DNA from: an uncultured Mycoplasmataceae bacterium
GTDB taxonomy: Bacteria; Bacillota_I; Bacilli_A; Mycoplasmatales; Mycoplasmoidaceae
Direction: 5' to 3'
Length of the DNA stretch: 40,885 nucleotides
Assembly: GCA_947177385.1 (NCBI GenBank)
Contig: CAMWTZ010000001.1
Location: forward strand, 1 to 40,885
Shown: piece by piece, positions 1 to 12,263 of the stretch
How positions within the stretch are numbered: the first letter of the stretch is position 1
Layout: each line of letters starts with the position of its first letter
The notes under the pieces: generated by a model
Databases searched by the model: none
What the model was told of the DNA's origin: nothing
What the model saw: only the letters and a program-made list of their open reading frames with translations
Made by a program: the position numbers and the translations under genes

Positions 1-1639
1 TATATTTAATATCCAAAGAGATTAATTCTTCTTTTTGTTTCTTTAAATTCGGAATTAATTCTGGATTAATTTTGTTTTCCATTAAGAAATTTTTATATTC
101 ATTCATTTTAGTAAAGAAATTTTCAATGTTCAAAAATGAATAATAATAAACCATTCTATTCAAAAAATCTAAAGAATTGTTTTCTTTTACAAATTTAAGA
201 ATACGATAATCAACTTGATTTAACAATTGAATATAATCATTGAAAGTTGTTCCATTTGAATCTACTTGTTTTAAAATTCAACTTAAATTGTTAAATTTAT
301 CTTTTAATGAATCACGTTCATTAATTGTATTTTCTAAGTATGAATTAATGTTTATTTGTTGAGAATCAATTGAACTATTAGATAACATATTTTCTAATTT
401 ATCTGCAATAAATAAAATTTTGTTATAGAATTCAGATTTATTTTTCAAGTTTGCAATGTATAAAGTAAAATTTGCAATATCACCCAAACGATCAATAATA
501 ACATCTAATGCAACACGTTTTTCTGCTGCTAGTAAAATTGATTTTTCTCTTAATAATGCATTAATAATAATATTAGTAATAACTTCAGATTTGCCAGTTC
601 CAGGAGGACCAAAAATAATTGTATTTTGGTTTAATGAAGAACGAATGGCATATTTTTGATAAATATTTAGAGGACGACCAACTGATACTAAATTTTGTCC
701 ATGAATTTCGTCATTTACAAATTTATTTTTTGTAAATCCTTCAGAACTATCGAATGGATCAATATTCATTTTAATAAGTTGTTCAAGGTCATATTTTAAT
801 GCACCACCTGTAGGTTCATAAATTCCGCAAACATATGATTTTTGAACTTTAAAACCAACAAAACCAGCAACATCACGATTTTCTATAAAACCATCGACAC
901 TATCGTTTAATTCAATATTAACTTTAAAATTATTTTTGAATACATCAATTATTGGATTAATGCTTTTTGATTTGTAACATTCATTAGCAACATCAATTAT
1001 TGACAAATTAGCTTTATATTCATTTGATAACAATGATAATAATTTTTCATTAATAACAAAATTATTCATGCTTGGTACATGTTTAATTGTGTAAACATCA
1101 TTTTTACGACTAATTTCGATTGGATATAAGAATAATGGTGCATTTACTTGTGTACCCAATATTGTCAAACCACTAACAAAATTAGTACCTAAATATAAAG
1201 AATAAATTCCTGTATTTTCATCAATAATTTTATTTTTTTTGATGATTGCATCAAATTTACGATTTTGAGTTGTAGCTTTAGAAAGAATTAATTGAATTGT
1301 TGATTCTTTAAATTTTTCAAAATTATGTTCTAATTTTTCAACTCTAGTTTTTGCTAAGAAAATTTCATTTTCAGATAAATAATTTAAAAATGATTGAGCA
1401 GTATGAAAAGAATTTAATTCTTCTTCCAAAACACCTCTTCCTTTAGAGTTAGATAATGTTAATATTTCATTACTGTTATTAACAAAATTTTCTATTTCAT
1501 TAATATCAAAATATTTTTGTAAATCAAATGATCAATTTGTAATACGTGTTTTAATACAAATATCACGTGGTAATGTATTAATTAAATTTGCAAGTTTTGT
1601 TTTTATAGCTTTACTTTTTTGATTAGTTGAATTGCTCAT
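1..1639 (-). CDS. DUF4011-type N-terminal domain + superfamily 1 (Upf1/Dna2-like) helicase; 3' part runs off the window
   Basis: ATG at 1639, in frame with ORF 278..1429 once TGA is read as Trp. Motifs: SLYLG...APLFLYPIEI (DUF4011-like) and YQKYAI...IFGPPGTGKSEVITNII...LLAAEKRVALDVI (Q-motif, Walker A, motif Ia). Confidence 0.8.
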
Positions 1640-1672
1640 ATTTGTATTTTCCAATTAATATATTGTTTTAGA

Positions 1673-1741
1673 AATAAAAAGCACAATTAATACTTTGCCA
1701 ATTGAGAATAATTCCATTGACAATTTTTATCAATTGTGCTT
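1673..1741 (-). terminator. Long hairpin / intrinsic terminator downstream of the P-type ATPase
   Basis: Minus strand reads AAGCACAATTGATA-AAAA-TTGTCAAT...ATTGGCAA-AG-TATTAATTGTGCTT followed by TTTATT; several stem mismatches are G-U wobbles on this strand. Confidence 0.65.
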
Positions 1742-1774
1742 ATAGATTTAATAATTATAGTATGCAATTAATAA

Positions 1775-4700
1775 TTACTTATTAGTTGCTTTTTTTCTTT
1801 CTTCTGTTTTAACTTTATTTGAAGTTTGTCTTACTAATTCTTCAATTCGACGACCAGCATCAGTATAACGACTATTAGAAACTCTTAATTTTTTTTCAGG
1901 AGTTTTTTCTTGTTTTGGTTCTACATCAACTATATTACTTGTTGCTTCTACTTTTGGAGTATTAGTTACTTTTTTATTAGAAGTTGTTGTAGTCGTAGAT
2001 TTACTTGTCGTAGACTTAGTAGTCGTGGTTTTTTTTGTAGTTGTAGATTTTGTATTTGAGCTAACAACTTCTAATTTAATTTTAGATTTTTTAGCATCTG
2101 GATCTACTCATTCATCATTTTCTTCTTCAATAATTTGTCCTTTAATGTGACGACTTCCATCAACATTAAATAATGATCTAAAAATTCCACGATATATTTC
2201 AGAAATTATAATAAACACTGCTAAAGCAGCAAAAGGTAAGAAGAATACATAATTATAGTTAGCATATTTCATTAATGCTGAATCATCATAGAATCCCATA
2301 TTAAATAAATTATTAACATATGGAACAAATGAAACAAATGCAATTAATGCAATTGCTATTCCTACATATAGCAACATTTTAGCTGAGTCTTTTGGTTTTT
2401 GTGTAAATAATGATCCACCTGTACGAGCATATAAACCATTAATAGCTAAACACAATCCAATTGTTAAGAAAGATAATAAACTTCCAAAATTATAGTGAGT
2501 AAGGAATGTTTGGTAAGTTATAGCATAAGTTGTTCCACCAAAACTACCACCCATAAAATTACCAGCTGAACCTAATTGATTAAATTGTTGTGTATTTCAA
2601 TAAATTCAACGAATGTCTAATCTAAAGTCTTTGTTATTACTAAATCCTACAAAGAATGCAAATAATGACATTCCAGAAATTAATAAACCAAACAATAAAA
2701 TTTCTAATAGCATCCGCTTATCTATAATATGGAGTTTTGGATTTCTTGGTTTAAATGACATGACATCTTCATGTCTAATATTGCTTGCAATTGCAAACGA
2801 TAAAAGAGTTTCAACTGCAATGTTTAAGAAAAGAATTTGTAAAGATTTAATAGGAGAAATAAAGAATACTAATATTCCCAAAAAGATTGTTACAAAGTTT
2901 GCTAAGTTAGCAGTTAATAACATTGTTAATGCCGATTTAATATTTAGCATCACACGACGACCTGTGTCAATTGAATGAACAATTGTAGCAAAGTTATCAT
3001 CACTTAAAACTATAGCAGATGAGTCTTTTGCAACATCTGTACCACTACCCATTGCACAACCAACATTAGCAGCTTTTAATGAAGGAGCATCGTTAACACC
3101 ATCCCCTGTCATGGATACAATTTTACCATTTGCTTTTCAAGCATTAACAATTCTTAATTTATCAGATGGTGAAACACGAGCAAATACACTATATTGGTCA
3201 ATTGTTTCAGCAAGTTTTTTATCACTAATTTTAGCTAGTTCTGCACCACTAATAACTTTATCATTTTTACGTAAGATTTTTAATTCTTTAGCAATTGCAG
3301 CAGCAGTTGTAGCATGGTCCCCAGTAATCATTACTGTACGAATACCAGCAGAACGTAATTCAGCAACTGAAACAAGAGCTTCAGGACGTGGAGGGTCAAT
3401 AATCCCTAGTAAACCAACTAAAGTTAAATCATGTTCAAGTGTATTTGAAGTAATTTTAGATGGTAATTCATTTGTATATTTAACTGCAACAGCAAGAACA
3501 CGAAGTGCATTACTTCCTAATTCATCATTAATATTTTTTGCTGTTTCAATAGTTTTACTACTAGTGTCTTTTGATAATCTACCTAAAATTCTATCAGGAG
3601 CACCTTTTGTAATTATCATATATTTGTATTGTGGTTTATCAGAAGGTACTACAACTGACATCATTTTACGATCTGCATCGAATGGGATATCAGTAACACG
3701 AACAAATTTTTCATTTAATTTGTTGATATCATTACCTTGTTTTGCATAACCTTTTAAGATAGCAGTTTCAGTTGGGTCACCAATAAATTTAGCATGACCA
3801 CGTTCAATATATGTTTGAGCATCACTACATAGAGTTCCATATTTAAAAATATCTAATTTAGCATCTACAGAACGAGTTGTATTAAATAATTGTAAAGAAT
3901 ATTCTGGTTCTCAAACACGAGTAACAGTCATCACATTTTTAGTTAATGTACCTGTTTTATCAGTACATACAACACTTAATGCACCTAAAGTTTCAATTGC
4001 TGATAATTGTTTAACTAATGCATGTTGTTTAGATAAATTACGAGCAGCAATAGACAAAATAATTGTAAGTACAGCTAATAATGTTTCTGGAATTGAAGCA
4101 ATTGCTAGGTTAACAGAAACATTTAAAGATTCACCTCATCCATTGAAATTAATACCACTATAACCAGTCATAGCTACCATATATAAGAAAAATGTAACTA
4201 TACAAACTGATACAGCTATTATCCCAACAATACGAGATAATCAAGTAATTTGTTTTTGTAAAGGAGTAGGTTCAGGAACTTCTTGATCCAATAAAGCAGC
4301 AATGTTACCGATTTGTGTATTCATACCTGTGTATGCAATACGAACATAAGCTGTCCCATTAACTACATTTGTACCAGAGAAAACTCAATCTTTACGATCA
4401 CCTGGTTGCATATTTTCATTAGATTCAAACTCATGATCTTTTAAAACTTCTTCAGATTCACCAGTAAGAATTGATTCATCTACTTGTAATAAAGAAGATG
4501 AAATTAATTTACCATCAGCTGGAATTCTTTCCCCTGATTCTAAGAAAATAATATCACCAGGTACTACATTCGCAGCAGATATAAGACGAGTTTTACCACC
4601 ACGAACAACTTTCGCAACTGGAGCAGACATTTCCTTCAATGCTTGAAGGGCTTTGTCTGTTTTATCAGATTGTCGAATACTCAAGAAAATATCAGTAAAT

Positions 4701-5026
4701 ATAATTCCGACAATAACAATAAATTCTAAAAATAAAGATAATCATTCAACATAATTACTTGCATCTTTTACAACAGCAATAATTCCTAAAATTAATGAAA
4801 TTATTGCAGCTATACAAAGTAATATAGTAATCAATTCTTTAAAATGTTCTAGTATACGTAATCATAATGGTTTCGCATTATGAACTGTTAGCACATTACT
4901 ACCATAGAGCGTTTTTGCTCGTCGTACCATTGCTGGAGTTAAACCACGTGACGGATCAACTTTTATCGCACGTCTCCAATAGGTACGTTCTTTTTTGGGT
5001 AATGTCTCTATTTTTTCTAGAGTCAT
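1775..5026 (-). CDS. Cation-transporting P-type ATPase (P2A/PacL-like), 1083 aa, with a Thr/Lys-rich C-terminal tail
   Basis: GGAGG RBS before ATG 5026; TGES, CTDKTGTLT, KGAPD, DPPR, MITGDH and TGDGVNDAPSLKAANVG motifs lie in one frame; TAA at 1775-1777. Confidence 0.93.
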
Positions 5027-5052
5027 ATTTCCTCCAAATTTATATAAAACAA

Positions 5053-5064
5053 ATATAATTATAT
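5053..5064. promoter_or_regulatory. Palindromic ATATAATTATAT giving overlapping -10 boxes for the divergent P-type ATPase and tsaD genes
   Basis: TATAAT on + at 5054-5059 and on - at 5063-5058, within the 98-bp divergent intergenic region. The AT-rich background lowers specificity. Confidence 0.35.
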
Positions 5065-5124
5065 CAAAATGTAACTAATTCAAAATAATATAAATAAAAT
5101 ATAAATAAAATTGTTGTAAATAAA

Positions 5125-6081
5125 ATGAAAAAAAATATAATAATTGGAATTGAAACTAGTTGTGATGAAACTAGTATCGCAATTTATGAAAATGACAAAT
5201 TTGTTGATGAAATAACTACTTCTTCAATGCAAATTCAATCTAATTTTGGTGGGGTTGTTCCAGAAATTGCAACACGTTATCACCAAAATAATATTCATAA
5301 AATTTTTAAAAAAATACTTGAAAAAAATAATACAAAAATAAATGAAATTACACATGTAGTTTATACTGCATATCCTGGTTTACCAGGTTGTCTACATGTT
5401 GGTGCTTGTTTTGCTTTAACTCTATCTGAATTAACAAATAGTAAATTAGTCCCAATCAATCATTTATATGGTCATATATTTTCAGGATTTATTGATAAAA
5501 ATATTGAAATTGAATTTCCAATGATAGGTGTTGTTGTTAGTGGAGGACATACTACAATTTATTATGTAAAAAGTATTGACGAAATAGAAATTCTTAACGA
5601 AACACAAGATGATGCAGTTGGTGAAGTCTTAGATAAGGTTGGTAGATCATTAGATTGAAAATATCCAGCAGGTCCTTTAATTGATAAATTATTTGATCCA
5701 AATAAAGCTGTAATTAAATTAGTAAAAAATAATTTTAGTCCACAAAGTCCATTTAGTTTTAGTGGAATAAAGACAGCAGCATTAAATTATGTCAATAATC
5801 ACAAACAAAAAAATGAACCTCTAGATGAAATTGAGCTTACATCTAGTGTTCAAAAACTAGTCATTGATGATGTTGTTAATAAAGTCAAATATTGATTAAA
5901 AGAAAAACAATGTGACAAAGTTTGTTTAGGTGGTGGAGTTTCTGCTAACAAATATTTAAGAAATGAGCTAAGTAAAATTCAATTAAAGCAATTAATATTA
6001 CCAAATCTTAAATATACAGGTGATCAAGCAACTATGATTGCTTATTATGGGATGTTATTAATTAATTTCAAAAATCTTTAG
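5125..6081 (+). CDS. tsaD: tRNA N6-adenosine threonylcarbamoyltransferase TsaD, 318 aa
   Basis: IGIETSCDETSIA, FGGVVPEIA, NHLYGH, VSGGHT, DDAVGEVLDKVGR, GGGVSAN; read-through of TGA at 5656; TAG at 6079-6081. Confidence 0.95.
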
Positions 6082-8083
6082 TAATAATTTGAATATTTAA
6101 TTTATTTGCTTCATCTAGTTTGCTACCAGGATTTTCCCCACATAGTAAATAATCAATTTTTTTTGAAATTGTGCTTACAACTTTACAGTGATATAAATTT
6201 TCTAATATTTTCTTGATTTCATTTCTTGGAATATTAAAGCTACCTGTTATTACAAACGTTTTATTAAGATATTCTTCAATAATTTTGTATTGTTCAAAAC
6301 CTGTAATATTTTGAATATAACTAGTATTAACACCTAATTGTTGTAATTCAATAATTGCTTGTCAATTATTGATATCTGCAAAATATTCATAAATTTGCTT
6401 AGCTAAAATATCACCAATATCATCAATTTTTACTAAATCATCTATTGAAGCTGATTTTATATTTTCTATGTTTTTAAAATAGATAGCTAGCTTATTGGCA
6501 AGTGTTGATCCTAAATTAGAGATTCCTAATGCACACAATAATTTTTCTAATGAATTGTTTTTAGAATTATTAATCCCTAATAAAATGTTGTCAATCATCT
6601 TGTCTTTTATTTTTAGATTTGATTGAATTATTGTTTCTCTTTTATCTTCTAATTTATATAAGTCTATAATTGAGTGAATAAAATTATTATCATACAACTT
6701 TGTGATTATTTTTTCATTTACTCCTCGAATATTCATACAATCACGCTCACAAAAATATGAAATAGATTTAATAATTTTAGTTTTACATAATTTATTAATA
6801 CAAAATTGATCCACTTCAGGAGAAAATTTTTGCAAAACAGATCCACATGATGGACACAAAATTACGGGTTTAAATGGTATACATTTATCTGTTCTTTTTA
6901 ATAAATCTACATAATCCAAATATGGGATAACATCTCCAGATTTGTATAAATAAACTCAATCATTTATTCGAATATCTTTTTTTTGAATATATTCGTAATT
7001 ATTCAATGTCACACGAGATACTAAACTTCCATCAATTTTAATAGGTTCTAATTCACCAACATATGTAATTTTTCCAGTTCTTCCCACATTACAAAATATA
7101 TTTATTAGTTTAGTTAATCCTAATTCGGCTGGAAACTTATATGCAATTGCTCATTTCGGTGATTTAGCTGTATAACCAATCTCTTCATATCATTTAATTT
7201 GATTTAATTTAACTACAACTCCATCAATAACATATGGTAAATTATCACGTATCGCTGACAATTCATTAATTCTTTCTCAAACTTCTTTAATATTATTAAC
7301 TTTTTTAATAATTGGACTTGTTAAAAAATTATTTTCTTTTAGTCATTCTAAACATTCTGATTGAGTTGCTAAATTTAATTGTTTAGCATTTGGTATATAG
7401 TAAAAAAATGCATCTAATTTTCTTTTTTGAGTAATTGAAGAATCTAAATTACGAAGAGAGCCCGCTGCTGCATTTCGAGGATTAGCAAATGGTTTTTGAT
7501 TTCCTTCTAAATTTTCATTTAAAAATTGAAAATTTTCTTTTGTCATATAGACTTCACCACGAATTTCAATAGTCATATTTTGATATTTAGATGATAAATA
7601 AATTGGGATCGTTGGGATAGTTTTAATGTTATTTGTAACATTTTCTCCAAATTCGCCATCACCTCGTGTTAAAGCATATTTCAATACACAATTTTCATAG
7701 ATTAAAGTAATGCTTAAACCATCTATTTTGGGTTCTACTACATAATTATAATCTCTTGAAAAATTAGAAATATTGTTATCAAACTTTTCTAATTCTACCT
7801 CATTGAAGGCATTAGCTAATGATAATACAGGAGCAAGATGGCGAACTTTCTCAAATTTTTCATAAACATAACCACCAACTTTGCAACTAGGAGAATCTTG
7901 ACTTTGAAATTTTGGATAAAGATTTTCTAACTCAATTAATTTATTCATTGCTTTATCATAAATCGCATCACTAACTGTTGGTGCATCTAAAACATAATAT
8001 TCATAATTTCATTGCTTTAATTGATTACGCAATTCATTAATTTGTTTTTCTATTTCAATTTCGTGTTGATTTAAGTTATCCAT
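6062..8083 (-). CDS. ligA: NAD-dependent DNA ligase, 673 aa
   Basis: EPKIDG adenylation motif, TRGDG..GENVT, FANPRNAAAGSLR, CPSCG zinc finger, C-terminal BRCT (FVITGS...GENPGSKL); ATG 8083, TAA 6062-6064. Confidence 0.96.
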
Positions 8084-8142
8084 ATCTTCCTTTATTTAAT
8101 AAACAAATTAATTGAGTTAATCATCTTAAGTAATTTTAAAAT

Positions 8143-8178
8143 AAAAAAATATTGCATAAAGATATTTATGCAATATTT
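8143..8178 (-). terminator. Intrinsic terminator after tRNA-Gly
   Basis: Perfect 14-bp stem AAATATTGCATAAA (8147-8160)/TTTATGCAATATTT (8165-8178), 4-nt loop, T-run on the minus strand. Confidence 0.8.
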
Positions 8179-8194
8179 AATTTAAACTTTAAAA

Positions 8195-8268
8195 TGGAGC
8201 AGATGACGAGAATCGAACTCGCGTATCAACCTTGGCAAGGTTGCATTCTACCATTGAATTACATCTGC
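8195..8268 (-). tRNA. tRNA-Gly (GCC)
   Basis: Reverse complement GCAGATGTAATTCAATGGTAGAATGCAACCTTGCCAAGGTTGATACGCGAGTTCGATTCTCGTCATCTGCTCCA forms a cloverleaf with anticodon GCC, a GTTCGA T-loop and encoded CCA. Confidence 0.97.
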
Positions 8269-8320
8269 ATAACCATTCATATTCTATAAGATTTTTTAGA
8301 ATATGAATAGAAAATATTAT

Positions 8321-10159
8321 TTATCCTTCTGATTTAACTATTTCTTCAATATTCATTTTCTTTAAATCAGATCCTAAAATAGTTTCTGATACTTCATCTA
8401 AAACGTATCGTTTATTTTTCTTTATTTTATTAATGACTATTTTTTTATCTGTTGTATGAAAAGCTTTAGCAAGAACATCTATTTTATTAATTTCGCCATT
8501 CAAGACTGAACCAAATTTTACTTTTAAATAAATGTCTTCTATGTAGTTTGGTAATATTGTAGCAAGAATACTAATTAGTAAAGCAACTACAGTCATAATT
8601 CTTGGAATTAAAACATCATCAGAATAATTAGGTATACTAGTTGGGATTTGATATAACAAGAATAAATTTGCTATTGGTTCAAAGAAAGTAATAAAAATTG
8701 ATGGTGTCATAATCAAGATTGCACCAATAGCGCATGGTATTAAATATTTTTTCTTTTCTACATGAACAACATTAGTTGTTCTATTTTTTAGTGCTCCAAT
8801 AATAACTAGTAATATAAAAAAGAATACACCTACTGATGATCAAGTTCCCATTAAATCAGAGAATGAATACATTTTTGCAATTTGAATTGCACCATATTTA
8901 GATCCATAAGAAGATGTATCTAAATAACCTAATGCGCCTATGATACAAAATAATAAAATTACAATAACTGATAAAACAAATGAATAAATAACACCAACTA
9001 TTGGTTTATGACTATTTAGTTTATGTAAATAACGAGAGCTAAAAGGTAATTCATTTTCTTGAATTAAATTTTCAATAAAACGAGGTGCTCATAATCCAAA
9101 ACCGTTGATAATGCTTAATACACCAACTCCGATTAGAATTTGAAATACTCCATACATTCATGGAATACCTGCTTTTTTAAAAATTCATTGTAAACCACTT
9201 GGACTCCCATTTGTTGAACCAAACGATATTGCGATAGCCACTGATAAATAAATTATTGTAATTATTAATAAACCAAAAACTAACGCTAATGGAGTTTTTT
9301 TAGGCTCTTTCATTTCTGATTGAATACCAGCAACCACATAAAATCCGTCATATGCAAAGAATATTGCACCAGCTGCAATAAATAGTCCAAATCCTGGAGA
9401 TAAACTTGCAAAACTAAATATTGTTGCAGGACTAGATGTTTCTATTGATGGTTTTATAAATCCAACAAAATCAGCCATAATTTGATCACTAGTTATGATT
9501 CCAGAATTTACTCCAGCTTGACCACCAGCAAGCCCACCAACTGATACTGATCCTCAAATTCCGAAAATTATTGCTAAACATACTGGAATAATATTAATAA
9601 CTGTAATGATAATATTTTGAATATTGCCCAAACGTGAAGATAAACCACATGATATTAAAAAGTAAAATGTTACTAAAATTGTGGCAATCATAATTACAAT
9701 TCATCCTCATGACTGAGTCATATTAGCTGAAGTTGTAAAAGAATTTATTCCATCTTGAATAGATTGAATGAAATATAAAGGTAAATAAAAAAATGTTAAT
9801 GGTATATACAAATAAACCATAAAATTTTTACACGCTTTATAAATATATCGATTATTGAATGTTTGGCATCAACCAATAATTGATAAATTATCATTACGCG
9901 CACTAGCAATTTCAATTAAAGCCATTGCCATAAAAATAATTGCTGCAATTGTTATCAACCAGCAGAATAACGAAAAAAGTATGGAACCTTGTGAGTTATT
10001 TAATACAGTTGAAGATTTAAAAAAAATCCCCGCTCCCATAACAGCACCAATAACAATAAATATTGATGAAAAGAATGTAATTTTCTTTTTTATAGGAGCA
10101 TTAGCAAAACTTTTTTCATGTTCTAATTTATCTTTAGTTAATACATTTTGATTTGACAT
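8321..10159 (-). CDS. APC-family amino acid/polyamine permease, 612 aa
   Basis: IGAVMGAGIFF (TM1) and FFAYDGFYVVAGIQSEMKEPKK (TM6); many hydrophobic helices; AAGGAG RBS; three track ORFs share one frame. Confidence 0.9.
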
Positions 10160-10287
10160 TTTTTTCTCCTTTACTATAAATTTATTCAGATAAAAAATGA
10201 TTCAAAACAGACAGTGTATGAATACACATAATCTTAATTATAACTAAAATAGTGAAATAAATCAAATTGGTAAGGAATTACAAATTA

Positions 10288-12261
10288 CTATTTCTTGCAA
10301 TTTTTTGCTTTAATTTCTAAAATTGCATCACGATATTCTGCTGCTAACTCATAGTTTCTTTCTTTTGCTGCTTCAAGCATTTTTTTATTCAAATCAGCAA
10401 TTACTTTATCAAAATCTTTTTCTTTAGAATATGTTTTTTGTATTTCAGTATCAATATGAATAAAAGTAGTTTGAATTGGTTTGATAATTGTTTTAGGAAC
10501 AATATTGTGCTCAAGATTGTATTTCAATTGCAAAGAGCGACGACGATTAGTTTCATCAATCGATTTTTTCATTGCATCTGTCATTTCATCAGCATACATA
10601 ATTACTCGACCATTTGCATTACGAGCAGCACGACCAATAATTTGAATTAATGATTTTTCGCTACGGAAAAATCCTGGTTTATCAGCATCAAAAATTACTA
10701 CAAGACTTACCTCAGGAACATCTAATCCTTCTCGTAATAAATTAATTCCAATTATTACATCATATAGACCACGACGTAAATTTGCAATAATTTTTGATCT
10801 TTCTAATGTTTTTAATTCATTATGTAAATATGCACATTTAACACCTTTTTGTTGAAGATAATGAGTCAATTCTTCTGCCATTCTAATTGTCATAACTGTG
10901 ATGAATGTTCTTTCATCATTTTTCTTTTGTCTTTCCAACTCTAACATTAAATCATCAATTTGATATTTGATTGGTCGAACAAAAATTTCAGGATCCAATA
11001 AACCTGTTGGTCGAACAATTTGTTCCACAATATTATTATTGCTATATTCAACTTCTCATTCATTTGGAGTCGCTGATACAAAAAGAATTTTATTTGTTTT
11101 TGATAAAAATTCATCATATTGTAATGGACGATTAGCCAATGCACTTGGTAGACGGAAACCATAATCTACTAATGTATTTTTTCTGGATCTATCTGTATTA
11201 TACATCCCTCTAATTTGAGGCAATGTTATATGAGATTCATCTACTATTAATAATCAATCATTTTTATTATTAAAATAATCAAATATAGTGAATGGAGTTG
11301 ATTCAACACTTCTTAATTCAAGATGTGCTGAATAATTTTCTATCCCCGCACAAAACCCAAATTCTTTTATCGCTTCTAAATCATAATTTGTTCTTTGTTC
11401 AATTCTTTGTGCTTCTAATAAGCGATTTTCTCGATTAAAATATTTTACTCTTTCTTTGAGTTCATCTCTTATTCGTTGTAATGCTATATCTAATTTATCA
11501 TTATCTGTAATATATTCATCTGCTGCTGTAATGTTAAATCTTTGATAATTTTGAATTTTCTTATGAGTAATTGAATCAACTAATTCCAACGATTCAATAA
11601 CATCATCAAAAACACTAATACGTAAGAAATTTTTATTAGTATAACCAAAAGCAACTTCGATTACATCTCCTTTTGCTCGAAAATTTTTAGGAGATAAATC
11701 AATTTGATTTCTTTGATAATTTAATTTAATTAATCCAGAAAAAATTTCTTTCATGCTAATCTTTTGATTAACTTCTAAAGACAAAATATATTTTTCAAAG
11801 CTTTCAGGCGGAACAGAAGCATAAATTGCTGCCACACTTGCTATAACTATCACATCGTCATAGTTAAATAATGATGTTAAAGTAGATAAACGCATCATTT
11901 CTATTTCAGCATTAACGCGAGAATCTTTTTCAATATATGAATCAGTTGATGGTAAATATGCTTCTGGTTGATAATAATCAAAGTATGAAACAAAATATTC
12001 AACATGATTATTAGGAAACATATCTTTAATTTCTAAATACAACTGGGTTGCTAATGTTTTGTTGTGAACTAAGATTAATGTCTTTTTTTGTAAATTATTA
12101 ATAATATTAGCAAATGTAAATGTCTTCCCAGTACCTGTTGCTCCTAATAAAACTTGGTTTTTTTCACCACTTAAATATTTTTCAGTTAAACTTTTAATTG
12201 CATTTATTTGATCACCACATGGCTCGTATTGTTTATGTAAATTAAAAATTTTATCCTGCAT
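10288..12261 (-). CDS. uvrB: Excinuclease ABC subunit B, 657 aa
   Basis: [60 protein letters not shown]-terminal YELAAEYRD. Confidence 0.97.
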
Positions 12262-12263
12262 AA

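Noticed and set aside
1980-2050. Repetitive GTAG/GTCG-rich stretch as a CRISPR or mobile repeat
   Set aside because: It is the coding sequence for the Thr/Lys/Ser linker of the P-type ATPase; there is no repeat-spacer periodicity.
8084-8320. tRNA-Gly as an integration site for an island
   Set aside because: No integrase and no duplicated tRNA 3' end were seen; the flanks are housekeeping genes.
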